This document shows positions 51,595 through 64,000 of a stretch of 64,000 bases of DNA, piece by piece. Both the position numbers and the translations under genes were made by a program. The stretch is from Octopus sinensis (lineage: Eukaryota). Location: positions 42,904,001 through 42,968,000 of the forward strand of contig NC_043003.1 of NCBI RefSeq assembly GCF_006345805.1, in the 5' to 3' direction. The notes under the pieces are model-generated. The model saw only the letters and a list, made by a program, of their open reading frames with translations. It was not told the origin of the DNA and ran no database searches. Every line of letters starts with the position of its first letter. Positions within the stretch are counted from its first letter, which is position 1.

Positions 51595-51905
51595 TGCAAG
51601 AAGAAGAAGAAGAAGAAGAAGAAGAAGAAGAAGAAGAAGAAGAAGAAGAAGGAGGAGGAGGAGGAGGAGGAGGAGAAGAAGACGAAGAAGACGAATGAGA
51701 GGAAGGAGGAGGAGGAGGAAAAGAAGAAGAAGAAGAAGAAGTTTACCTGCACAGCCACCACCACCACAGTCACCTGCTCCTGCTGCTTTTCCTCCCTCTC
51801 CTCCCCTCCTCCTCCTCCTCCGCCGCCGCCGCCAGCAGCAGCAGCAGCACCACCACCACCATCACCACCACTACCAACAACAACAGCAACAACAACAACG
51901 ACGAC
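51595..51905. repeat. Compound trinucleotide repeat (AAG)n(GGA)n..(CCT)(CCG)(CAG)(CAC)(CAA)n
   Basis: Read directly. Confidence 0.95.
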
Positions 51906-51949
51906 AGCTCAAACCTTATGGCTGTGGTAGCTAAGAGAGATAAGAATAG

Positions 51950-52800
51950 AATGACCGTTGCCATGTCGGATTTTAGCGCTTCCTCAATATTGATGTCGGC
52001 CAACAAGCAGCATCATTTGTGACTGTTTAGAGAAGGTGGGTGGACTGAGATAGTAGACTTCAATGCCGGCCTGTAAAACCTGCTAAGACTTTCACCTGAT
52101 GATGTGAAATGATGTTAACAGCCGATATGGCAGGCTTGAATGATATATTTTATTTTTTCTTCTATGAGATTTTTGCTTACATGCCATGTTAGATCGCAAA
52201 TGTCCTTCAAGATGTTTATCACAGGTGCCAGAAAGTCACGTACATTATACTAGTATGTGAAAAGATATATTTTAGGGCTGCTGAGGAAGGACTTAAAGGA
52301 GAATAATGTGACTGAGAGTTTCTCGTTCATAATTCTGCTAAATGCAGAGTTTCAGATTTAAGCTAAGGTATTGGAAATTGGTTGATGCTTGCCATCGGCA
52401 AGAGACCTGACCGATCATTTGTAGATATGACCAAGGAAGTCGAAATCTAATACAATGCACCACAGAGAGGATAGGTAATATGTCTGATTTCAGGAAGGGT
52501 GGTCACCACTTTGAGATTTTGATCCGCTTTAAACTTTTACTAGGTTTCAGTATCGTAAAACGAGTGGCTGTCTTAAAAGCGCAATGTCTTTCGGTTCCAT
52601 ATTTCAGATCCTGCATCGAATCATTGTTCTGCACCACATTCTCGGTATTCAGGCAAAAACAAAAAGTGCACTTATCAGTTGGTAATTTTGATAATTCTGA
52701 AGCCTTCACCAAACAGGAATTTGCATCAAGTAAAGCAGGTTTCGGATCCATATTTTAGAGCATGAATCACTTCTTAGTGCGGCACCTAATTGTCGGTGTT
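51950..52800 (-). mobile_element. Highly decayed CR1/L2-type reverse transcriptase remnant
   Basis: Minus-strand fragments ISTSLVIST (cf. ISLTSVISK) and NILKDICDLTWH (cf. LDISKAFDRVWH), in the expected order with many stops. Confidence 0.45.
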
Positions 52801-53628
52801 CAGTCTAAATGGTGATATATCGGAACTGTTTCGAAACATTCAGTTTCCAAAATACCCGTCTCATCTTGCCAATGACTTAAACAAGTAAAAGACTAAAATA
52901 ATAAAGAATATATTGGAGGTTAGTACACTAAGGAAGAGGACATGACTGTCAACGTGTAACATGCTGTCTCAAACCACAGAAATAAAAGTTGTTGGCAGGC
53001 ATTAAGGACGAAAGGTCGGATTACTTACACAAAATCTTAAGAAGCCATTGTGTGCCAACTGTCACTGGACGATAGGTCTGTTTAAGGTATTGGGGGACTC
53101 TTACTCTCTCGCCTTCCAGGTGAATACAAATTTTGACAAGGTTACAAATAGTATGAATTTATCTGCGAAAGGTTACAAAGATGTAAAGAATGCATACACC
53201 GTGTCCATAATATATCATAATATATTCATTCCGCTTTATCTTAGTCCAGAAGTGACCCGTTTAGTAACATTTCTGTTTCGGTTCACAGCGGAGAACTCGG
53301 TAAGCTGTACGATGCTTATGAACGTACTGAGGCGCTGTCAGCAGAAATCTTTAGGTGCTTAGAAAGTGTGGCCGTGATTTATTTTTTCCTTTATCATAAT
53401 GTCCGTCATATGTCACCTGTGTCGAGTGTGGTCCGAACATTAGCGACTGGTATCAGGTGCAGAAGGCCATATTCCAGGCTGGCATTGCGGTGGAATGTCA
53501 GCTTACACATTTTAAAATAGGTTTAGTCTGGGTTGTGGTATAATGTAATGGAGGGACAATCTGGACGTCAGGGAAGACAATTTTACTTCTCTTCTCCGAA
53601 TTATACCAGCGACTATTATCAAATTCCA

Positions 53629-53862
53629 TAAGGCGGCGAGCTGGCAGAAACGTTAGCAAGCCGGGCGAAATGCGTTGCCGTATTTCGTCTGTCGTTACGT
53701 TCCAAGTTCAAATTCCGCCGAGGTCGACTTTGCCTTTCATCCTTTCGGGGTCGATAAATTAAGTACCAGTTACGCACTGGGGTCAATGTTATCGACTTAA
53801 TCCCTTTGTCTGTCCTTGTTTGTCCCCTCTGCGTTTAGCCCTTTGTGTGTAGTAAAGAAATA
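53629..53862 (+). mobile_element. SINE family B (long tail), full length, young
   Basis: 15-bp TSD tattatcaaattcca at 53614-53628 and 53863-53877; intact A and B boxes. Confidence 0.92.
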
Positions 53863-54254
53863 TATTATCAAATTCCAAGCATCACTGGGCTGTCTGAAAC
53901 ATGCATAGCTTAGTGAATCTATTCTTTATTACTCTTCAACATTTCAAACACTGCTGACATGCAGAGCAATATCGAATAGATTTCACTTTTAGATCAGCTG
54001 GGTTCATCGGGATGGTCAACTCGTCGCAATTCGTGTTCAAAGAAGTGTCAGTTTTCCTTTACCAAAAGAGGTATTATCATAAATACGATTCAAACGACGA
54101 AGGGCATAAAAATTTCTTTGCTGATAAAAAAAAGAAAGTAAAATAAAAAGCAAAGTCATTAGTAATCATGACATCGTGAAGAGAAAGGTGAGGGTGGAGA
54201 ATAAGCAGGTGCCTGTACGCTGCAGAATATGGAGGAGAAAGGAGCATTTGCTAT

Positions 54255-54370
54255 GGTGCATTTCATTCTTTCGGGGTCATAAGTGCCAGTTGATCAGTGG
54301 GGGTCGATGTAATTGACTTACTACCCGACCCCCTAAAATTGCTGGCCTTCTCTCTAAAACTGAAACAATA

Positions 54371-54414
<44 letters not shown>

Positions 54415-54500
54415 TACCACCACCACCACCACCACCACACCACCACCACCACCATTACTACTACTACTACTCTTACTAAAAGCAACAACAACCACAACAA
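54255..54500. mobile_element. Partial family B SINE followed by (ACT)n(CCA)n microsatellite
   Basis: tttcattctttcggggtcataagtgccag..ggggtcgatgtaattgact..cctaaaattgctggcctt. Confidence 0.65.
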
Positions 54501-55149
54501 CAACCGCGGACATGTTTCGGTTTACCACTGCAGTAAACCACAGACATCTTTTATCCTACTCGCTAAAGAATTTATCCGGAAATAACAACGCTTCTTAACT
54601 GTATTATTATACGAGAAGTTCATGAAAATTACTATATTTACTCAAACAGATCACGAAAACTAATTACTCAGAGAGCTACCCTATGGAGATTTAATAAGAC
54701 TGAAATGTATCAGGAAATACATTCCCTATATGTCAAGATGATAAAAGAATTAGACATTGAGCAACTATTCTCTTCAGTAATGCGTAAGTATTAATAATTA
54801 GACGTTCTATGGTCTGCATTAAACATGTTTATTTCTACCTAATTGGTAATACTAGACATGGCTCCTAGCTGATTCACAGACATATATGTTACATACTTGC
54901 ATATAAGAAAAACAAGGATCTTTCTCAACAAAACATACAAATAAAAAGAATGGAAGAAAAATTCATCCGTACGGTATACCTATGTCTGTTGTACGATATT
55001 TTTGATTAAGTCTGATTATGTGTTTATCACTGTATTATGTGTTTATCAATGCATGGATACATTTATGTGTGTGTAGTTGTATGAATATGCATGCATATAG
55101 GTATAGTCTGTGTATGTATATGTATATGTATATATATATATATATGTAT

Positions 55150-55204
<55 letters not shown>

Positions 55205-55453
55205 TACACACACACATAATTTTTGTTTCCAGTGTCTGCTCTTGCTTTTATGAAAAAATGAGTCGGAAATCGATATGTGAATATACTTACCTGGATATTA
55301 GTTGAATATAAGTAAATATATACGCACGCATGCGCCAGTATTTTCTTCTCTCTCGTTACATTCTTTTGATTCCGTCTTGAAACGGTAATTTGTTTAAGAC
55401 CCTTTTCACATTATGGGATTCCGCTTATCAAATTCCAACCTATAGATGGCGAA

Positions 55454-55774
55454 TTCCATGGACAGCGAGGCTCACCAATGGAGAAGTTCTTAAGCAGATC
55501 AGGCCGAAAATGTCGCTAGAAGCTAGGATCACCAAGCATAGATTGGCATATTTCGGTCATATTATGCGGAGAAAATCCCTGGAGAAGGACATCATGCTCG
55601 GAATGGACCGTGGCAAGAGAGGAAGAGGCCGTCCAAGAACCCGCTGGCTTGACACCATCAAGAGTGATACCGGAATGGACATAGCCAATCTGAAAGAAGC
55701 GGCCCAGGATAGAACTAACTGGAGGACACTAATCCATCGAGTTACCGAGAGTCGACTTCGACTGAGCGGATAGA
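55454..55774 (+). mobile_element. RTE (BovB-like) LINE 3' end, 5'-truncated, with TSD
   Basis: Stop-free IPWTARLTNGEVLKQI..SLEARITKHRLAYFGHIMRRKSLEKDIMLG..GKRGRGRPRTRWLD..QDRTNWR; 11-bp TSD tagatggcgaa at 55443-55453 and 55775-55785. Confidence 0.92.
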
Positions 55775-56087
55775 TAGATGGCGAACGAAAGTGTGGAGTG
55801 GAGTGAAATCATTCGAAGAGGCCAGGGTAACGCATGGAAAACTTAAAAGTGATCTAAAGAAGAATGTTACGATCGAGAAAGCGAATGACAATGACCTTTC
55901 TCTGTGCACAGTTTGTGACAGACCATGCGTGTCTTTTGCTGGGCTCAAATCTCATTTGTGAACCCATGGAAAACGAACCGCCACTAACTATTCTGACTAT
56001 ATGTCTATGCACACCTTGGAATGCAGTGTATGCCAGAAGGTTTTCAGATCTAACGGAAGCGTCAAAAGATATTTTAAGATCCACAAA

Positions 56088-56792
56088 TCTTGTTTGGCGA
56101 ACCGCTAAGCCATTTTATCGATCGTTTGCCGAACCGCTAAGTCATATTATCGATCTCGTTTGGCGAACCGCTAAGTCATTTTATCGATCTCGTTTGGCGA
56201 ACCACTACGTCATTTTATCGATCACGTTTGGCAAATCGCTAAGTCATTTTATCGATCTCATTTGGCCATCCGCTATGTCATTTTATCGATCTCGTTTGGC
56301 GAACAGCTAAATCATTTTATCGATCTCGTTTGGTGAAACGCTAAGTCATTTTATCGATCTTGTTTGCCGAACCGCTAAGTCCTTTTATCGATCTCGTTGC
56401 CGAACCGCTAAGTCCTTTTATCGGTTTCGTTTGGCGAACTACTAAATCATGTTATCAATCTAGTTCGGGGAACCGCTAAGTAATTTTATCGACCTTGTTT
56501 TGTAAACCTCGCTCTAGTTTTGTGAACTCCTAAGCCCTTTTTTCGATATCCTTTTTCGAACCACCAAATCATTTTATCGATCTCGTTTGCCGAACCGCTA
56601 AGTCGATTATATTTGTCGAAACGCTAAGTCATTTTATGGATCAGTTTTGGCGAACTGCTAAGTCATTTTATCGATCTTTTTAAGCGAACCGCTAAGTCAT
56701 TTTATCGAATTTGTTGTCGAACCGCTAGTTTATTTTATTGATCTCGTTTGTCGAACCGCTAAGTCTTTTATTCGATCTCATTTAGCGAACCG
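56088..56792. repeat. 34-bp minisatellite (~21 copies)
   Basis: Consensus TTTGGCGAACCGCTAAGTCATTTTATCGATCTCG, head-to-tail with no spacers. Confidence 0.95.
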
Positions 56793-56945
56793 AAAAGGCG
56801 ATTTCATTGAATAAATTTACTCTTCAATATTTCAAGACAATATCTTTAAATTGATAAATATATCTGTTAAAATTTGCTGTTTGTGTTATTTTCATTTTTG
56901 CATAATTTAGACTACAGCTTATACATCGCACATGTATATCTATCA

Positions 56946-57025
<80 letters not shown>

Positions 57026-57067
57026 CTATCTCTCTCTCTCTCTCTATATATATATAATATATATATA

Positions 57068-57116
<49 letters not shown>

Positions 57117-57580
57117 TACATAATACATACATACATACATAATACATACATACATACATACATATTGTTAGGAAATAGAAATAACTTAATGCATCACGTG
57201 CTCGTTTTTCTTTGATTCGTGCGTCTATATCGTGAGTTGGACGTTTTGAACTGCTAAAGAAAAGCGCAGTAGCAGTTTGTGAGTGAAAGAGCGCAGCGTG
57301 AAAATGGCAACGTAGAGAACATAGTATAAACAAAAAGTAAAAAAGGACAGTGAGTGTAGTTGTCTACGAAGACAGTCGGTGTAAAATTGCAATGTGGCCA
57401 GTCGAAGTGAACCCAAGTGACGAACTCCATTACACAAGACAAATAGCCGGATATAACTACTTCCTCCTTTCGAAGCAATTTTGCTTGCTGGGCTGGCCTA
57501 CAGTTTCCCAACTAGTGAGATGACTGTTGGATCTGCGTTGGTATCAGGAGACCGCATTTTGCAACAATATATTATACATA

Positions 57581-57830
57581 TCTATTATATAAAATCCATT
57601 CTGTCTCTCTGTCTGTGTGTCTTCTAAGATCTCGGGCATCCTCCATCCGATTGCGCTCAAATTTGGTTTGTAGATACCGACGGTATCAGGGCGTGTAAAA
57701 ATCTTGAAAAAATTACAAAATCGATTCCAGGTGAGAATGCGATCGATAAAGCCGTGGGAACGTGTATTTGTAATCGCAAGTAAATCAGCACCGTCCATTG
57801 GACGGGGGGCGTTTTGCGTGCGTGCATGTT
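57581..57830 (+). mobile_element. Non-autonomous Helitron-like 5' segment
   Basis: Starts A|TCTATTATATAAAATC, then a ctgtct microsatellite remnant and ccgattgcgctcaaatttggt, as in non-autonomous Helitrons; no 3' CTRR end identified. Confidence 0.5.
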
Positions 57831-59539
57831 TGTTTGCTAAGATTTGTGTTTTCCAATGCATGATGTCGATTTCTTTTTAGAATATTTAAGATTATCTCAC
57901 TGTGTTTGTATGTGTACGTATTAATACACTCGAGTATATTAATTTGGTTACTATTTGTATATATTTCTGCACACGTATGTGTGGCCAAATAAATACACGC
58001 ATGCACATATTTGAAGAATGATATAAAATGAAGCTTGTGCACATATATATTTATGTTTTTTGAATATGTGTAACTGATTCATTATCAATAGAATGTGGCC
58101 TGTTTGACGTTGAGGTATGTGATTACGTCGGTATTTAGCTACATAATTAGCATGTATGCGCGCATACGTTTGCGCGCGCGCGTGTACATTATATTGTGCT
58201 TTTATGTTTGTTCAGCTTGGGCACATAATTTGAAGCATGAAAGTGAAAGATCTAAAACCATAATTTAGTATTGAGGTAATAAAATGCATATGAATAGAAA
58301 TGTGAAGGAGAGAAGACTAGGTCCAATATCAAAATTCTATAATCACGCTAATAATAACAACTGGATTACGTAGAATTCAGAGAAAACGTTCATTGAATAA
58401 GAGTAGTAACGATGAAGAAAGTATAGTGAATGAAGACTGCAAACAGTCGACGTACTGGTGTAAATAGGTGCAGACCAATAGCTCATAGTATTTACAAAAT
58501 TACAATTAAATACAAATGTATGACAATTCAGCAACATAGTATAACGTTCACTATGTATTGCAGTGTAGAACGTTTTAGTAAAACGTAATGTTTAGCTGTT
58601 TAGTGGTCCAGTGGTGGGCATGAGGAGTGTTGTGGTGCTCGAACATACTGGATATCACTGAGGGCAATGTAAGTTCTCTCCGAAGAAGTTTCATATGAAG
58701 GAATATGGATATGGATTGATGAAGCAAATTTTTTTTTATCAAAAAACGTTCACAGATAAGTGTAGTTCTTCGCCAGAAAAAGTTTACAAATAATTTGTAG
58801 TTTCTTTAAACGTAGTGTCTTCTGAATAGCTATTAATGTAAAGATAGGTATCTATCTCCTTACAGACTTCGGTCGAATTAGAAATTTGAATTTGAAATGG
58901 ATGAATAAGAGGAAGATATAAAGAGTTCGCATAAATAACTTATTTAAAACTATGGCAATTATTCAACAATTTTAGTATGTGGTAGTAATGTAAAGTCCTA
59001 TTTCGCCCTTTACAGAAATATTCAGTATGACATAACTTGCAAATTTGGTAATTAGATGTATCACAAAAATAAGCTAAGAAAAATTCTAAGCCACTAAGAT
59101 ACAATAATGTATGCATGTATATGTTTTTGCGATTCAAATCTACTGTAGAGGGTCTGCCACCGAATGACAAAACTTAACTTCTTGATAGAAAGCTCTTCAT
59201 ATAATTCAGGCGCAGAAGCTGTTCGTCGCTAAACGCAGGTCTCAAAAGTAAAAGGACTTGCTGGTTGAAATTGAATACACTGACACGTGATTTCGGCTGT
59301 TCAGTGCGACATTCGATTAACAATATCATTAAATAGGAATTTGATAATAGCATACTAAACAAAATGACTGTATTCTTATCTACACAAGTGTGCATAGGAT
59401 TGCTTGCATCGATATGAGCGAGAGAAGGACAGTTTAGAGAGAAAGACACAGGAAATGTTGCTTCAGAAAATATTATGAAACACATCAAGACACTCAAATA
59501 TTTACTTGTGTAAATATATATATATTTGTCTGCATGTAT

Positions 59540-59757
<218 letters not shown>

Positions 59758-59994
59758 TTAATACATATATGAACAGCATACACATATACACAAATAAGTA
59801 TTTGTACAACGTTAGGCAAAGAACATAATGTGTGAGTAAAGAAATAATGACGACCACGGTCATTACATACAAGCCATGTAAGAGGCATATTCGGTATTGA
59901 CTTTGTAATAAGACAATAAATAAGTGTGCATATATGAATGACTATATTTTTGTATGCATCCATGTATACTTGGACGTATACAGTTATATAACAG

Positions 59995-60026
<32 letters not shown>

Positions 60027-60040
60027 TATATATATGTATG

Positions 60041-60074
<34 letters not shown>

Positions 60075-61449
60075 TGTATGTATGTATGTATGTATGTATA
60101 TGTGATGTTGATAGAAACATGTATATGTACGTATACTTTCCGTATGAAAGATAAATTGTCGACAAATTTACCACTTCCGGATTTAAGGATTACTGCTGAA
60201 AGAAAACTACTTCTAAATTGATGTTAGTGATACCGAATCTCATGTGGTATATACTCGTAGGAGTTCTGATGCTCATGCTTCATGGGTAATAGCTTATCTT
60301 GTCGGCAGATTTATCAGTGTTGGATTTAAGGATTATAAACTGAAGAAATTGCAAACTGCTTCGCTATTGATACCAGCGAAATTGAATCCCATATGATATC
60401 ACTACGTAAGGGGCTTCGCTGAAGAATTCATATTTATGTTGTTTATAACTAGGAACTGTAGTCATTTAGCTTCAAGGTAGGTCGGATCAAGTATATCTAT
60501 GACTAAAGCTCTTGTAGTCATGATAAACTTTTATGTCTAGAGCAATATATGTATCGCATGCGTCCTACTTTCTGTAAGGCGCCCTCGAGACCATTCTGTA
60601 TTTTTGCGTGGCTTTTGTGTACTCTGCACTGCATTATTCAGTATGTTATATCTGTTTTAACAAGTTTTTTTTTATGGGAAAGCAGGCTGTTATTTTTAGA
60701 TAGTATACGAATGCCTAGAATCTCTTCGTTGATTCATTATATCTAGTAGCTGTAGTCTGTTGTTTCGCATGAAATCAGCTCTGGTAGTACAGGCGTATGA
60801 TTAAAGGCATTATACCCAGCCGTGGCCACTTTGTTCTGTGAAGGAAACCCAGAGACAAATTATTCAACGTATCCATCTCTCCGATTGAGAGATGTGATTT
60901 GAGGAAGATTCCACTGCTATTTCTAGCAAGTCAAATGACGCCATAGAAATCATTGCATCCGAAAGTATACAACCCCAAACGGTTCATTGGTGAAATGTTC
61001 CTCAAATGTTGCTGCTCTGTTACTGGCTGCAGTTACAGTCATACTAAATGTATGCTACCTCTATGTAAACTCGTTTTCTATCACGCACTGAATGTAGATA
61101 CAACTAGTTTGGTTGATTGGTGCAAATGTAGAAACTGGGCAGTGGTCTACTGATACCAATGTTAAAATGTACAATTAAGCCATGTTAGTACTGTGTATAT
61201 AGAAGTATAATCACGAAACTAAAGTCAGACACTCTTTAAAAATATAACAAAGCATAACTTAGAAATAAACAGTAAATAATAATACCACTAGTGAAACCGT
61301 GGAATTTAGATAATAGAGATAACTTCAGCTTTCATACTCTCTTGAAAGGAAATAATAACGTTTAGCATGTAACAAGTTACAATGATTTTCTTTACTATTT
61401 TGCAGGGAAACTCTTGGTTTATCTCATCAAATGCCTTTCTAAGGTCTGA

Positions 61450-61836
61450 AAAAAAAAATGGTGGCACTCCGTCGGTTACGACGACGAGTGTTCCAGTTGA
61501 TTCGATCAACGGAACAGCCTGCTCGTGAAATTAACGTGCAAGTGGCTGAGCACTCCACAGACACGTGTACCCTTAACGTAGTTCTCGGGGAGATTCAGCG
61601 TGGCACAGAGTGTGACAAGGAAAGCCCTTTGAAATAAAGGTACAACAGAAACAAAGGGTGAGAGAAAGTTGTGGTGAAAGAGTACAGCAGGGTTCGCCAC
61701 CACCCCCTTCCGGGAGACTCGTGGAGCTTTAGGTGTTTTCGCTCAATAAACACTCACAACGCCCGACCTGATAATCGAAATCGCGATCCTAAGTCCGCGA
61801 GTCCGCTGCCCTAACCAGTGGGCCATTGCGCCTCCA
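61450..61836 (-). mobile_element. tRNA-derived SINE family D
   Basis: Reverse complement of the 3708-4061 family (head ggaggcgcaatggcc; tail cgtcgtcgtaaccgacggagtgcca plus poly-T on the minus strand). Confidence 0.88.
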
Positions 61837-62225
61837 CAAAAAATAAAGAAAAAAAGTACATAGAAGGGAAATGTCACAATGGTTATTACAAATTTATTAC
61901 TTGCCTTAGGTTTTGGCACGAGGATTGATGGAAACATATTTTATAGTTCAGGGAAATGTAACTGTTGCTCCATAGTAGCAAAATAAACCCCTCAAAACAA
62001 GTAAAAACAAGCGTTTACGACTGAACTTCTGCTGACCACGTAATTACATAGATGCTGTTTAATTTCCAGTCGGATGAACTTCAGTACACGTAGGTTAATA
62101 TGTAAGTTGTACAATTTCTGATGTTTGAAGAAATAATGATCTAAGGAATTGAAGAAATAATACCCTCATGAGATGAGGAATCAATATTCAAACGAATCTT
62201 AAAGTTCATACCAAAATTTCATTTT

Positions 62226-62637
62226 CTTTTACTCTTTTACTCTTTTACTTGTTTCAGTCATTTGACTGCGGCCATGCTGGAGCACCGCCTTTAGTCGAGC
62301 AAATCGACCCCGGGACTTATTCTTTGTAAGCTCAGTACTTTTTCTACCGGTCTCTTTTGCCGAACCGCTAAGTGACGGGGACGTAAACACACCAGCATCG
62401 GTTGTCAAGCAATGCTAGGGGGACAAACACAGACACACAAACACACACACATATACATATATATACATATATACGACAGGCTTCTTTCAGTTTCCGTCTA
62501 CCAAATCTACTCACAAGGCATTGGTCGGCCCGGGACTATAGCAGAAGACACTTGCCCAAGATGCCACGCAGTTGGACTGAACCCGGAACCATGTGGTTGG
62601 TTAGCAAGCTACTTACCACACAGCTACTCCTGCGCCT
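62226..62637 (-). mobile_element. CORE-type SINE family A (octopus OR-like), full length
   Basis: Minus strand: A-box tagctgtgtgg, B-box ggttcagtcca, CORE ggcatcttgggcaagtgtctt, internal microsatellite, tail catggccgcagtcaaatgactgaaacaa(gtaaaaga)n. Confidence 0.92.
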
Positions 62638-63626
62638 ACCCAACATTTATGAGCTAACAGCAGTTACAATATAACGTGTACTGCACGACTGTAGCCATGA
62701 AATCTATTTCTAAGCTTCATAGAATGCAACAATATATTTTCTATCTGCTACAGATTAAATCTCTGTTGCCTTCTATGCCCCTTCTTCCTCCCCCTTTTCA
62801 TTACGTTCATTTGAAACTTTTGTGTTTACCTTTCTAGAGTTGGACGTATTTTTCTCTTACAATTGTCATTTTCCCACTCCGATATCCATTTATTGTGCGC
62901 AGTACTTATATTTTCATTGAGATCTGTAACTTAAAGCTGTTTATCTCTTTGACGAATTCTTTGGTTCTACAGGAAACTTATGAAAATTAATCTGCGTATG
63001 TCAAATGCAGCAGAACATGTTGTTTATTTGAGGAAACCCCAGGATTTTTTTTTGGGTTTTTCCGTAAATTTATGTTTCTTATTCTTAGCTTTGAATAACT
63101 TGACTTTTATGCATAGAGAAGCCAATGATATTCTGAAAGTGTTTCTTCTGAAGTTCTGGTTACCAAAAGTATTAGTATTAAACATTGATTACATATTTGT
63201 TTTTATATCCTATGATCGCGTTATCTCGATGTCCGAAAGCAATGAGTCATAATCAAATATATCCGTAAGTGCTGAAATAAATTTTAAATTTATAAATTAG
63301 AAATGTGCAAGTTTTTTTTTAGTATAGAAATTCTACTAGTATGTAGGAAACTAAAATGATCACTATGTAAATGAACGAGGTAACTACCTATTGTTTCAAT
63401 AAAATAAATAATTTGCACATACAAAATTACATTTTTTCTCCTTTTACTTCATGGAACATATCTTCTGTTTTATCTTTGATAGTTTTCGAATATACTATGA
63501 AAATGGTCATGAAATGAACTATTCTTTCGAACAACGAAAGAAGACACAAATGGAAAACAAAACAAACAACATAAAGAACGATCCTTCATCAGTTGTTGGC
63601 TGTTTTTCTAGTCTCGTATTTCGAGC

Positions 63627-63821
63627 ATTTAACAACAATATATGCTTTCGATAAAACAGTTGCTCCTGCAAAGCAAATTAAATAAAATTTGGGATTCTGT
63701 GGAGAATGTTTTCACTGACCTGTTTGTGTTACCTGTTTTGACTCTCCGCAGAATCCCAAATTTTATTTAATTTACTTTGCAGGAGCAACTGTTTTATCGA
63801 AAGCGTATATTGTTGTTAAAT
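63627..63821. repeat. Fold-back hairpin with 79-bp arms and a 37-nt loop
   Basis: 63627-63705 is the reverse complement of 63743-63821 with three differences. Confidence 0.95.
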
Positions 63822-63963
63822 ACATACATACATACATACATACATACATACATACATACATGTATATATGCATACATACATACATACATACATACATACA
63901 TAAATACATACATACATACATACATACATACATACATACATACATACATACATAAATACATAC

Positions 63964-64000
<37 letters not shown>
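63820..64000. repeat. (TACA)n(TA)n microsatellite
   Basis: Read directly. Confidence 0.95.

Noticed and set aside
51563-51934. Poly-R/poly-Q/poly-H ORF resembling a transcription-factor low-complexity region
   Set aside because: It is entirely compound trinucleotide repeat with no domain or splice support.
56088-56792. CRISPR array (regular ~34-bp repeats)
   Set aside because: Units are contiguous with no unique spacers, there are no cas genes, the context is eukaryotic, and the unit derives from a SINE.
59174-59260. RPAFSDEQLLRLN as a homeodomain start (cf. RTAFSSEQLARL)
   Set aside because: Similarity ends after 12 residues, a stop follows, and helix 3 (WFQNRR) is absent.
61306-61509. 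Minus-strand exon or RT gene (DLRKAFD)
   Set aside because: At most a ~25-codon LINE RT scrap; the apparent polypyrimidine tract is the neighbouring SINE's tail.

Overview
A gene-poor, repeat-dense animal genomic window. The SINE families and the very high (TA)n/(TATG)n/(TATC)n/(CA)n microsatellite load suggest an octopod cephalopod (Octopus-like); this is an inference, not a database match. Most ORFs in the supplied track are microsatellite artefacts or transposon debris. Supported content: many tRNA-headed SINE copies in at least four families; decayed DNA transposons (mariner, Tc1, Tc3, a hAT MITE, a Helitron-like end); LINE fragments (Tx1/L1, R4/Dong, CR1/L2, RTE); a decayed Penelope-like element; a Gypsy gag remnant; a decayed 18S rRNA fragment; two minisatellites; a ~855-bp tandem array; several fold-back palindromes; and a few plus-strand microexon candidates (best at 46092-46124), suggesting the window may be intronic. 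The most notable object is at 10195-10806. It is a non-coding ~490-bp unit present 1.25 times between (TA)n tracts, rich in complementary segments, and it carries a complete type I hammerhead ribozyme with an unusually long stem II. That is the architecture of a non-LTR retrozyme (ribozyme-bearing circular-RNA retroelement). Four further minimal or degenerate hammerhead motifs and a Penelope remnant (a plausible partner family) lie within 14 kb. A second notable observation is that one SINE subfamily shares its 3' tail with a Tx1/L1 LINE present in the same window.
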